Source: Candidatus Latescibacterota bacterium (lineage in GTDB: Bacteria; Latescibacterota; UBA2968). Taken from it: a stretch of DNA of 64,000 bases. The notes under the pieces are model-generated. The model was given only the letters and a program-made list of their open reading frames with translations. It was not told the DNA's origin and made no database searches. Shown in pieces: positions 9,261 through 18,949 of the stretch; within the stretch, counting starts at the first letter, position 1; each line of letters starts with the position of its first letter. The DNA is taken from NCBI GenBank assembly GCA_965204745.1, contig OZ242010.1:5216001-5280000 (forward strand). Reading direction: 5' to 3'. The position numbers were made by a program, and so were the translations under genes.

Positions 9261-9545
9261 GAGAGATGCCATGTTCATGTTCAAGAACACCTTCACTTAA
9301 CCCCCCGCAACGAGTTCCATTCTCTTTTTGTCTGACCTAACGCAATGGTTTGCACCACGCGCTCTTGCGCCCCTGCGTCGCGTCAGTCACCAACTTTCTC
9401 AAATTCCCCGTGCGTCCAAAAGTGGGCTTGATTTTGGACAGGGGAAATCATTCTGCTATGTACCCCAATCCGAAACAGAAAGCGTTGTTTGGGTTGGGCA
9501 ATGTCGCACGAGTCGCAAACCACCTGTTTCAAAGGAGATGTGTCA

Positions 9546-10495
9546 TGACGATGCAAGCACAACTCAACCAGTATTACAAGGATGTTGGTATCGCGCCTGT
9601 GGTCCCTAAGGATGTTGGCATCACGCCTGTGGATTCTATGGAAGACATCCAAAAAAAGATGTTCTGCGAGTTTCCGTGCGAAAAGAGGGCCGACTGCCGG
9701 GAAGCCTGCCTTGGAGCTTGGAACAAAAAAGAAGAGTTTGTGTTTGAACCTCGTATTGATGGCGTTACCGTCAGCCAAGAATATCAAGCCGGAAAGTACC
9801 ACGGGGACAGAATCCCCCGGATTGTGGTTCTCTCTCTGTCCGCTCCACAGCCTAGTCCTGGGCAAATTCTGTCCATTCCACAGCCGAAGGAAGAGCAAGA
9901 TAAGCCTGCCGCAAATTCCAAGACTCGCTGGCGGGCCTCTCACTGGCCTGAAACTTTGGCGATGGTCCGGAGCTTTCTTCTTTCCTTCATTGCATGTGAG
10001 AACTTTCCAGGGCCAGCGACGTACCAGGAAGCCAAAAGTAAAAAGGAGATCGAAAAACTCTTTGTTCATGTGCGAACGGCAAAGTGTTGCTCCAATGCCA
10101 AAGGAACCAGTCAAGAGCCTGGTAAAGTGTACGAGAATTGTGGCGGTTATCTCGGGAAGGAACTGAGCATTCTTAAACCCGACGTGATCGTTACCCAAGG
10201 CAACCAAGCACATTGGAGGGCAGTAGAGCATGCTTTTGAGGAAAATGCAAATATCTCAGTTGAGGAAGTAAGAGGTATTGAGACCAAGAATTGCATCGCA
10301 TGCATCGTGAATCTAAAGGAAGGCAACCAGCGCGTCTATTGGCTACCGTTGTACCATCCTCGTGCTGTACGCTATTATTATCCCCAGGCTGGTGATAAAA
10401 TTGACTGTGAGAGCAATGTTGGGAGTTGGAGTGCAATGCGGAAGAACCTCGTGCGCTATGGCGAGGCGATCAAGGATTTCATCAACGATAGATAA
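9546..10495 (+). CDS. Uracil-DNA glycosylase superfamily-like protein, divergent
   Basis: AKCC..NCGGYLGKELSILKPDVIVTQG and LPLYHP resemble UDG-fold motifs; RBS aaaggag; lower GC than flanks. Confidence 0.6.
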
Positions 10496-10506
10496 TGTGA
10501 TGAGAA

Positions 10507-10545
10507 AGGGGGTGATACCTTGTGCTGTCATCTCCTTTTAACTTT
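10507..10545 (+). terminator. Intrinsic terminator of a shared family
   Basis: GGGGGTGATA-CCTTGTGC-TGTCATCTCC-TTTT; near copy at 15370-15402. Confidence 0.7.
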
Positions 10546-11248
10546 TCATTGTTTCGAGCAGTTTCACGCGAGCGGCGAGGAGCGCAACGTGATCGAAGAA
10601 TGGCGCAAACGCGCTGGACGCAGGTGATGTGAACGCTTTATCTGTTGTGCGGAAAACAACAGACACACTCATTTTTTTTGCTCTTATTGGAGGCAGTCAT
10701 GAGTCGTTTGCTCGGTTATCTCGCAATTCTTGCCCTCGCGCTGGCAATGCACTATTCCGTAGCAGCACAAAACAATGCCAATGCCGACTTTGATGGCGAT
10801 GGCACGGTTGGCTTTTCAGACTTCTTGGCGTTTGCAGGGCAATATGGCACCCAGCGCGGAGACGGCAGATACCAAGCCAAGTACGATCTGAATAGCGATG
10901 GCATGATAGACTTTGCCGACTTCCTGCTCTTTGCCAGCAGTTTTGGCAACACGCACATTCCGGCCGCCAATTCGGGCCAACCCGTCGTTGACCAAAACAT
11001 CGATCTGCCGGCTGGGAATTACATTCAATTCCGCTTTACTGTCGATACAGACACACAGCAAAACGTCGTTCTCCAAGGCGAGTTCAGCGTTGAGAACGGC
11101 ACCGTGCAGATGGCTGTGATGAACGAATCCGAATTTCGGACATGGCAAACAGGGGGAATGCCCGGCGTGCTTTATAGCCCGGGCAATACCTCTGGCGAGA
11201 CCTTTCGCCTGCCCATTGACGATAGCGACACCTACTATATCGTTTTTA

Positions 11249-12066
11249 GGTTCTGTTGACATTTTGTTTTAGAGCGATGAGCGTGGCCGCAAAAGCGAGA
11301 AAGCCTCGATAACTCGTGCTGAGTTTCTCAAAGCGAGCAAATATCCTGCGATACTGCTTCATTTTTCCAATCAACCGCTCAATCAAATTGCGTTGCTTAT
11401 ACCGATGGCGATCATAATCACGCGGGGTCTTGCGATAAGACCGGGGCGGAATCACGGCAACCTGTCCATGGTGAGAAAGGACGTCCAGAAACGCTTGTGA
11501 ATCATAGCCCTTATCCGCGATGACAGATCGGCTCTCATACCCAGCGATTAACGCTTCGGCTTGCGTGATATCGTGGGTTTGTCCCGGTGTGAGTCGAAAC
11601 CGGAGCGGGAGGCCACGCGCATCTGTGCAGAGATGGATTTTGGTGCTGAACCCGCCTCGGCTCTTGCCGAGGGCTTGCGCGGCTTGCCCCCCTTTTTTTT
11701 TGAGGCACCCGCTGCACAGGCATGAGCACGCACGACAGTGCTGTCAATGATCAGACATGCCAAGTCTGGATCAGACGTAAAATGCTGGTGCATGCGTTCC
11801 CACACGCCATACCGGCACCAGCGAGCAAAGCGTTTATAGACTGTGTTCCACTTCCCGTACTGTGCGGGCAACTGACGCCACTGACCACCCGAGCGCATCA
11901 CCCACAGAACCGCTTCAATGAAGCGTTTGCAACCGGCTTCCTCGCCGACATAGACGCGAGGGCATTCGCGGATGAATGCGAGAATTTTAGGCCACTGGTT
12001 CGCAGAAAGAATAAGGTTTGACATACACACAGAGTAACTCAAAATATCCCAAATGTCAACAGAACC
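11249..12066 (-). mobile_element. IS5-family element (IS427-like), 818 bp, two-ORF transposase with slippery A-run
   Basis: TIR GGTTCTGTTGACA; TA flanks; WRQLP..YGKWNTVY.RF, IDST, YKQRNLIERL; A9G6 at the ORF junction; near-identical to 62260-63077. Confidence 0.92.
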
Positions 12067-12068
12067 TA

Positions 12069-12109
12069 ATCAGTCCATAACGCTAAAAAAATAAAATGTC
12101 AACACGACC
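12069..12109 (+). mobile_element. Right-end remnant of a second, related IS5 element
   Basis: Ends TGTCAACACGACC-TA; reads ..LKK*NVNTT* versus ..LKQNVNRT* of the intact IS. Confidence 0.7.
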
Positions 12110-13568
12110 TAGCAACAGGGGGTCAACTGCTGTTACGATTGAGGCCGATATTTCCCTGGGTCCTGACGGTGGGGACGGTGGGGACGGTGGGGATAGCGAG
12201 ACAGTTGTCATTTCCGATTCCACGCTACGCGCTGTGATTTCGGGCAATTTAGGCAAGGCACGCCGTGCGCCTATCACCCGGGCTGACATGGCGACCTTGA
12301 GGCGGATTTACGCACGATATGAGAATATTAACGATTTGACAGGGCTTGAGTTTGCAACCAACCTGACAAGGTTAGACCTTGGCTACAACCAAATATCGGA
12401 TATCACCGCGCTAGCGGGATTAACCAAACTGACATGGTTAGACCTTCACGACAACAAGATATCGGATATCACCGCGCTAGCGGGATTAACCAAACTGGAC
12501 ACGTTAGACCTTGGCTACAGAAACCGAATATCGGATATCACCGCGCTAGCGGGATTAACCAAACTGACATGGTTAGACCTTTCCGACAACCGAATATCGG
12601 ATATCACCGCGCTAGCGGGATTAACCAAACTGACATGGTTAGACCTTCGTAGCAACCAGATATCGGATATCGCCGTGCTAGCGGGATTAACCAAACTGGA
12701 CACGTTAGACCTTGGCGGCAACCAGATATCGGATTCGGATATCGCCGCGCTAGCGGGATTAACCAAACTGACATGGTTAGACCTTGGCTATAACCACCTA
12801 TCGGATATCGCCGCACTATCGACCTTAACCAACCTGGAAGGGTTAAGGCTTTACGAGAACCACCTATCGGATATCGCCGCGCTAGCGGCCTTAACCAACC
12901 TGACAAGGTTAGACCTTCACTACAACCAAATATCGTATATCGCCGTGCTATCGGGATTAACCAAGTTGACAAGGTTAGACCTTCGCTACAACCCGTTGAG
13001 TGCCACATCAATCAACACGCACATTCCGGCCCTTCGGGCCAGAGGGGTTAGGGTGTATTTTTAGTTCAGTGGACAAGGCTTGCACCGCGAAAGGGGGTGA
13101 CTGATGGCAAAAAAGTTGCCTTCGTTCCGATTCGGGCGTAGGGTTAGGGCGTTGTTCGATTATTATTTTTCAAAAGGGGGAATTTTTCCCCGTTTATCGA
13201 ATGCTCGTGGGGCCTGGGAATCCCGTGCGGTACGGCATTCGGAAAATCACTCTCAATAGTTTTAGGTGGTCCCACCCGGCCTTCTAATTCCTCGTTTTGA
13301 GAGTGACGAGTGAATTAGAAGGCTTTTCTTGTGGGGGATTGCAATGGATGCTGTTCGTATATCCTTTGATCGTTTGGCGTGTATGGAGGGGCCCCAATAG
13401 TTGTCTAAGGAGTATTTGTGGGCGATAGCGCGGGCAATCACCGAGGCTCCTTTTGCGGAATTGCGCGGGGGGCTTTGTGATTCGATGGAGAGTCGCTATT
13501 ACGACTATGAAAAAAAGATTAAAGCGGAAGGGGCGTATCAACGCTTCTTGCAGGAAGAAGGAGGTTAG

Positions 13569-13880
13569 ATGGAAAATTTTAGACGTGTGGTTTCGTGGAT
13601 CGCCTTCGCCGTTTTGGTGATCGTCACCCTTGGTTTTTTTGGTTTCTATCCACGCGATAATTTTCGTGAGGCTTCGGCAGTCCAGATCATAATTGGGTGG
13701 ACTTTATATTTGGGGATACTCATTTCGGTCTATTATCTGGCTTCGGATTCTAAGATTGCCAAGCGGTTGCGTAGGGATGAGGAGAGGGAAATGCATGAAC
13801 TTTTTGAGGCCGTGCGCGAGCGGTGGCCGAAGGCGAGCGAGAGGAAGGCGAAGGTACCAAAAAGTGGTACGACTGATTAA
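13569..13880 (+). CDS. Small two-TM hypothetical membrane protein
   Basis: Strong RBS aaggagg; two hydrophobic segments; charged tail. Confidence 0.65.
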   Translation: MENFRRVVSWIAFAVLVIVTLGFFGFYPRDNFREASAVQIIIGWTLYLGILISVYYLASDSKIAKRLRRDEEREMHELFEAVRERWPKASERKAKVPKSGTTD

Positions 13881-14033
13881 AAAAAGCGTCACCGGGTGGG
13901 GTAACCTGGCGACGCCACGTCCTCAAAAGCCTCTGGCCCGTAGATGCCCTCAAGTTGGCAGAACGCTTGCTTTCGCCCGATGTATGACACCCCCGCCTAA
14001 CCGCGCCGAAATAGACAGAGAGCGTTTTGCCAC

Positions 14034-14062
14034 TTGACATAGCACAGATAGTACTATATACT
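14034..14062 (+). promoter_or_regulatory. Sigma70 promoter
   Basis: TTGACA-17-TATACT; palindrome ATAGTACTAT overlaps the spacer and -10. Confidence 0.8.
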
Positions 14063-14126
14063 GTATCTAACCGCCGAAGCAGAAAGCGTTGTTTGAGATA
14101 GATTCATTCACAGGAAAGGAAGGGCT

Positions 14127-15206
14127 ATGTTATTCAGACTCATTCGCACGGATCAAAAGCCCATATTTCAGCGGTTTATGAAATGTAAGGCATCAGATTT
14201 GAACCTGAAAGAAAAGGATGTAGAAAACTGGCTAGCAGAGAACCCGGAGTTGTTGTTCGGCGTCGAGCAGGTATTAGTGATTACACAATCTATCGGGGGT
14301 CAACATATGGCCGACATAATGGCTTTGGACGCCGATGGGCGTCTGGTCATTGTGGAAATAAAACGGGACCGGTCTAACAGAGAGACAGTTGGGCAGTTGC
14401 TTGAATATGCTGCTGCCAGAGTAGGAAGTAACTATGAGGACCTAGAAGAATTGCACCGGAAGTACTGGCACCAGTGCAAAAAAAAAGATCCATACGTTTC
14501 CTTAATTGAGCAATTTCGAGCTCTAACCGATGACCCCAAAGCTGATCAGAGGGACATTCCCAAATCTCGGCAAGGTCATCGGATTTGTATTGTGGCGCCC
14601 AGTTCTGATGAGGGTTTGTCTCGAATTGTAGAATGGTTAAAAGAGTATGGTGTGCCGATTAGCTTTGTGCCTTTCACGCTCTATACAGACAGAGATAACG
14701 ACGACATTCTACTGGACATAGAGCCCCTACCTGAGCCGTTGCCTGAAGGTCATGCGACCCAAAAAAATGTTATGGAAGACCGAGACCGATTATTCAATAC
14801 AAATGAAAAAAACGCACAGGGGGCTTACAAAAAGATGTTTGAGAAAGGTGTAATCGCTATTTATGGCTATGAGACAGGCCCTCAGAATCTAATGGGAAGT
14901 GTCAAAGGCCAGCGGGTATTTGCTTATGTCAATGGCAAGGGAATTTTGGCAGTTGGAAAGATCGTTAATTCTGAACCCGTGGCTGTGGCTGGTGACACTG
15001 ACACTGTCTTTGGTGTAGGTGAAGAGTTTCAGGTAGAAGTTGATTGGGAGACAATCGTAGATGAAGATAAGGGCGTAACAATCACGCAAGTCAAAAAGCA
15101 ACACGGCTATAGGCTCCCTGTCCGCAATGTCTTTTGCAACATGTATTGTCCTTCTGATGTCACAAACTGGATTTTTGAAGAGCTTCAACGCAACGCAAAA
15201 AAATAA
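14127..15206 (+). CDS. NucS-like PD-(D/E)XK endonuclease with putative C-terminal EVE/PUA-like domain
   Basis: EKDVENWL.ENP, ADIMALD...VIVEIKR, GQLLEY; C-terminal GILAVGKI..VEVDW; AT-rich. Confidence 0.7.
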   Translation: MLFRLIRTDQKPIFQRFMKCKASDLNLKEKDVENWLAENPELLFGVEQVLVITQSIGGQHMADIMALDADGRLVIVEIKRDRSNRETVGQLLEYAAARVGSNYEDLEELHRKYWHQCKKKDPYVSLIEQFRALTDDPKADQRDIPKSRQGHRICIVAPSSDEGLSRIVEWLKEYGVPISFVPFTLYTDRDNDDILLDIEPLPEPLPEGHATQKNVMEDRDRLFNTNEKNAQGAYKKMFEKGVIAIYGYETGPQNLMGSVKGQRVFAYVNGKGILAVGKIVNSEPVAVAGDTDTVFGVGEEFQVEVDWETIVDEDKGVTITQVKKQHGYRLPVRNVFCNMYCPSDVTNWIFEELQRNAKK

Positions 15207-15369
15207 TGACCGCTTCAATTTGCGCGGTTCATGGAAGATGTGATCGACAACCGCGCAACCGAATGCGTTGAAAGAAATGGAACGAACAGGAGAAAGCCCT
15301 ATTCCATGGGCAAGCATCAAAAAAGAGATCGGATTGTAGCGTACACCCCGGTAAGTATTCATTTTTCGA

Positions 15370-15410
15370 GGAGGTGACACCTTGTGCTGTCGCCTCCTTT
15401 TCATTTTATT
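15370..15410 (+). terminator. Intrinsic terminator of a shared family
   Basis: GGAGGTGACA-CCTTGTGC-TGTCGCCTCC-TTTT. Confidence 0.7.
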
Positions 15411-15467
15411 AACCACTGCATCGTATTTGACATATATTTTTTTTATTACGATTCAATTGGATGACTT

Positions 15468-15791
15468 ATGGATGCGAAAAAGAAAAAACACCTCGAATCT
15501 GCCGGGTGGCGCGTTGGTTCAGCAACAGATTTTCTCGGCCTGAGTGAAGGAGAAGCCGCGTACATCGACCTCAAGCTCACGTTGAGTGAGAAAGTGCGTC
15601 AATGTCGCAAGCGAAAAAAATTGACCCAGACCCAACTGGCGCAACGCCTCAAATCCAGTCAGTCTCGCGTTGCCAAAATCGAAGCGGGCGACCCCTCTGT
15701 TTCGCTGGATTTGTTGATCCGATCCTTGCTCACCCTGGGCGTCACCAAAACCGCTCACTGTTCCCCCCTTCCTCGCAGGAAGGGGGGCTAG
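15468..15791 (+). CDS. XRE-family HTH antitoxin-like protein (orphan; C-terminus supplied by a repeat)
   Basis: GWRVGS..DFLGLS..E and LTQTQLA.RL.SSQSRVAKIEAGDPSVSLDLL. Confidence 0.8.
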   Translation: MDAKKKKHLESAGWRVGSATDFLGLSEGEAAYIDLKLTLSEKVRQCRKRKKLTQTQLAQRLKSSQSRVAKIEAGDPSVSLDLLIRSLLTLGVTKTAHCSPLPRRKGG

Positions 15792-15804
15792 GGGGGTAGG
15801 TCCC
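15746..15804. repeat. Palindromic repeat family A, half element
   Basis: ccccccttcctcgcaggaagggggg..gggtaggtccc matches 23424-23516. Confidence 0.8.
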
Positions 15805-15821
15805 AATAAAAGGAGCGGGAC

Positions 15822-17174
15822 ATGGCTGACCATTACGACGTCATTGTCGCGGGTGCGGGCATTGGGGGGTTGTGCGCGGCTTTGCGTGCTCGGGAAAACG
15901 GGGCGTCTGTTGCCATCCTCGAAAAAGCCGACCAAATCGGCGGATCAGCCGCGGCATCGGGCGGCACGATCTGGTGCGCGTCAACCATAAGCGAATGGCT
16001 CAAAGTGCAACCCCATGGCGATAGGGCCCTCGGCAGCGCGCTGATTGACCACTTCCGCCTGGGCATAGACTGGCTCATCAAGCAGGGCGTTTCCCTGCAA
16101 GCGCGTGCCGAACCCAATCCCTACAAATTCCAGCGCACCATTTATCAACTCCTGCCCGACGCGCGCGCGGCAATGGAAACATTGAGCGACCGATTTCGCG
16201 CAAGGGGTGGGCGCATCTTCACAAACACCGCCCTGACCGGATTGCTCGGCGGCAATGGCGCCCCCATCGCAGGCGTTCAAACCGCGCATTCGGAATGGAC
16301 ATCCCGCGCTGTCATCCTATCGACCGGCGGCTTTCAGGGCAACCCCAAGTTGCGGGCGCGGTATTTTGGCGTGCAATCCGATCACATGATCGTGCGCGGC
16401 GTGCCGCAAAACACCGGGGGCGGCTTTCAAAGCGCGCTCGCCGCAGGCGCGCAACCCGTCGGCCCATTCAACCGCTTCTACGGCCACCTCTTGCCCGCGC
16501 CGCCCGCGCGAGTTGGCCTGCACAACTTTCTCGCTATCAAACCCGACTTCAGCGAATACGCGGTGTTGATCAACCTCAACGGCGAGCGATTCGACGACGA
16601 ATATTTGGGCGACGAAGTCACCTGCCACTCCCTCGTGCAACAACGCAACGCCACCGCCATCCTCGTCTTTGACCAACACATCCGCGACAACCAAGCCGCG
16701 CTCTCCCAATGGCCCGCCCCAGATAATGACCGCGTCACCAACATCCGCGAAGCAGGCGGCGAAGTCCTCGAAACACCCTCTTTGCATGAGCTCGCCCACG
16801 CCTTGACCAACCGCTGGCACATCCCCTTCCACGCATTCCAAACCACAATGACCGACTACGCCGCGGCCTGCGCTTCGGGCAATGGGCAAACCCTGTCCAT
16901 CCCAAAATCCGGCGGCCTCATCCCGCTCGACACGCCCCCCTATTACGCCATCCGAACCGTGCCCGGCATCACCTTCACGTACGGCGGGGCCAAAGTCGAT
17001 GCCAACGCACAAATTTTGGACAAAACCGACTGCCCCATCCCCGGCCTCTTCGCGGCCGGCGCCGACTGCGGGGGCATCTACACCCGCGGCTACACGGGCG
17101 GCTTGAGCATGGGCCTCGCCTACGGCCTCATCGCAGGCGAAGGCGCGGCCCAACACGCTCGGCTTTCGGGTTGA
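15822..17174 (+). CDS. FAD-dependent oxidoreductase (fumarate reductase/succinate dehydrogenase flavoprotein family)
   Basis: GAGIGG, LSTGGF, NTGGG, NLNGERF.DE, TFTYGG, IPGLFAAG. Confidence 0.85.
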   Translation: MADHYDVIVAGAGIGGLCAALRARENGASVAILEKADQIGGSAAASGGTIWCASTISEWLKVQPHGDRALGSALIDHFRLGIDWLIKQGVSLQARAEPNPYKFQRTIYQLLPDARAAMETLSDRFRARGGRIFTNTALTGLLGGNGAPIAGVQTAHSEWTSRAVILSTGGFQGNPKLRARYFGVQSDHMIVRGVPQNTGGGFQSALAAGAQPVGPFNRFYGHLLPAPPARVGLHNFLAIKPDFSEYAVLINLNGERFDDEYLGDEVTCHSLVQQRNATAILVFDQHIRDNQAALSQWPAPDNDRVTNIREAGGEVLETPSLHELAHALTNRWHIPFHAFQTTMTDYAAACASGNGQTLSIPKSGGLIPLDTPPYYAIRTVPGITFTYGGAKVDANAQILDKTDCPIPGLFAAGADCGGIYTRGYTGGLSMGLAYGLIAGEGAAQHARLSG

Positions 17175-17234
17175 CAGATCCGGATTGCGTGCGTATATCA
17201 ACGATCACCTCACATCCTCAACCTGGAGACAGCC

Positions 17235-18773
17235 ATGCGACCCAACATCGTCTTTGCCTTTGCCGACGACTGGGGGCGTTATGCCAGTGCTTATGCACAC
17301 GTGGAAGGCCCCTATTCGCTCAACCACCTCATCGACACCCCCAACTTTGACCGCATTGCCCGCGAAGGCGCGTTGTTCACCAACGCCTTTGTACCCGCGC
17401 CGAGTTGCACGCCCTGCCGCAGTTCCATTCTCTCGGGGCAATACTTTTGGCAAACCGGCCTCGGCGCGATTTTGCAAGGGGCATTGTGGGACGAGAGCAT
17501 TCCCACGTACCCGCTCGAACTCGAAAAAGCCGGCTACCACATCGGGTACACGTACAAAGTCTGGTCCCCCGGACAAACCGCCAATGCTCCTTATGGCGCG
17601 GACCGAACGCGCTATGAACCCGCCGGCACCAACTACCGCCGATTCTCCCATTGGGCCACCGAACACGCCGAAGACTTGGGCGTTGAAGGCGCGAAACGCG
17701 TTCTCTTGGACGAAACCCGCGACAACTTCAACGCCTTCCTCAACGCCAGGCCCGCGCATAAACCCTTCTGCTACTGGTGGGGGCCAACCAACACGCATCG
17801 CTCATGGGAACGCGGCTCTGGCAAAGCCCTCTGGGGCCTCGACCCGGATGATCTCAAAAGCCGATTGCCCGACTTCTTGCCCGACGTCCACGCGGTTCGG
17901 GAAGACGTGTGCGACTACTTGGGCGAATGTCAGGCGGTTGATGCGGGCTTGGGCGTCTTGATCACCTGCCTTGAAGACATGGGCGAACTCGACAACACCC
18001 TCATCGTCGTCAGCGGGGACCACGGCATCCCGGGCTTTCCGCGTGGCAAGTGCAACCTCTACGACATCGGTTGCGAAGTGGCCCTGGCCGCACGCTGGCC
18101 CAAGCACATCCCCCCAGGGCGCACTGTCCACGACTTTGTCAACCTCATGGACCTCGCGCCCACCTTCCTCGAAGCCGCAGGTGTGGATATCCCCGCCACC
18201 ATGACCGGCAAAAGCCTGCTCCCGGTCCTCAAAAGCAAACAGAGAGGACAGGTCGATCCCCAGCGCACCTTTGTGGTCACCGGGCGCGAGCGACACGTTG
18301 CCACCGCACGAGAAGGCCAACTGCCCTATCCCCAACGCGCCATTCGCACGGGCGACTTTCTCTACATCCACAACTTTGCCCCAGGCCGCTGGCCCATGGG
18401 CGACCCACAGGGACTCGACGACCCCCGTGCAGAAGCCCCGTCTGTCGAAGCCCTCGCGCAGAACACGCGCATCGCCTATCCCGACTTGGACGCCAGCCCC
18501 ACGAAAGCCTACATGATTCACCACCGCGCAGAAGACGCCATCCGCCCCTTATTTGAAATTGGCTTTGGCAAACGGCCGCGCGAAGAACTCTACGACCTGC
18601 ACGCCGATCCCCACTACATGAACAACCTCGCCGCTGCCCCCGAATACGATTCCATCCGCGAAGAATTCGCGACCGCCCTCATGCAAATCCTGCGCGCCCA
18701 AAACGACCCCCGCCTCACCGAATCCCCCTGCCGCTTTGAACGCGCGCCGTATGCCGGCCCCGTACAAGACTAG
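17235..18773 (+). CDS. Cys-type sulfatase (N-sulfoglucosamine sulfohydrolase-like)
   Basis: RPNIVFAFADD, CTPCRSSILSG, GDHG, GRERH, EELYDL..DP. Confidence 0.92.
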   Translation: MRPNIVFAFADDWGRYASAYAHVEGPYSLNHLIDTPNFDRIAREGALFTNAFVPAPSCTPCRSSILSGQYFWQTGLGAILQGALWDESIPTYPLELEKAGYHIGYTYKVWSPGQTANAPYGADRTRYEPAGTNYRRFSHWATEHAEDLGVEGAKRVLLDETRDNFNAFLNARPAHKPFCYWWGPTNTHRSWERGSGKALWGLDPDDLKSRLPDFLPDVHAVREDVCDYLGECQAVDAGLGVLITCLEDMGELDNTLIVVSGDHGIPGFPRGKCNLYDIGCEVALAARWPKHIPPGRTVHDFVNLMDLAPTFLEAAGVDIPATMTGKSLLPVLKSKQRGQVDPQRTFVVTGRERHVATAREGQLPYPQRAIRTGDFLYIHNFAPGRWPMGDPQGLDDPRAEAPSVEALAQNTRIAYPDLDASPTKAYMIHHRAEDAIRPLFEIGFGKRPREELYDLHADPHYMNNLAAAPEYDSIREEFATALMQILRAQNDPRLTESPCRFERAPYAGPVQD

Positions 18774-18949
18774 GTGGTCGCGTCCAAGTGTTCAAAAAAA
18801 AACGGCCTCTCTCTTGAGAAGCCGTTTTTTATCCCAATAGGACTTACGCAACGAAAACCCATCCTCATTTTTTACTAGGGGATAGGGCTTGCGGTAGGGC
18901 GGTGTGGGGTAATCCGCGCAATCCCCTAATCCGCGATTCAGACACGGAG

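Larger units (their letters stand above)
10699..13064 (+). pseudogene. Secreted dockerin/EF-hand + beta-sandwich + internalin-like LRR protein, interrupted by an IS5 composite
   Basis: Signal peptide; duplicated DFDGDG/DLNSDG loops; removing 11249-12111 restores the frame YYIVF-SNRGSTAVTIE (~500 aa); 22-aa LRRs. Confidence 0.85.

Noticed and set aside
13104-13541. Small ORFs after the LRR gene
   Set aside because: An RBS-like GGGGGTGA and a ~51-aa frame exist, but no motif is recognisable; possibly decayed.
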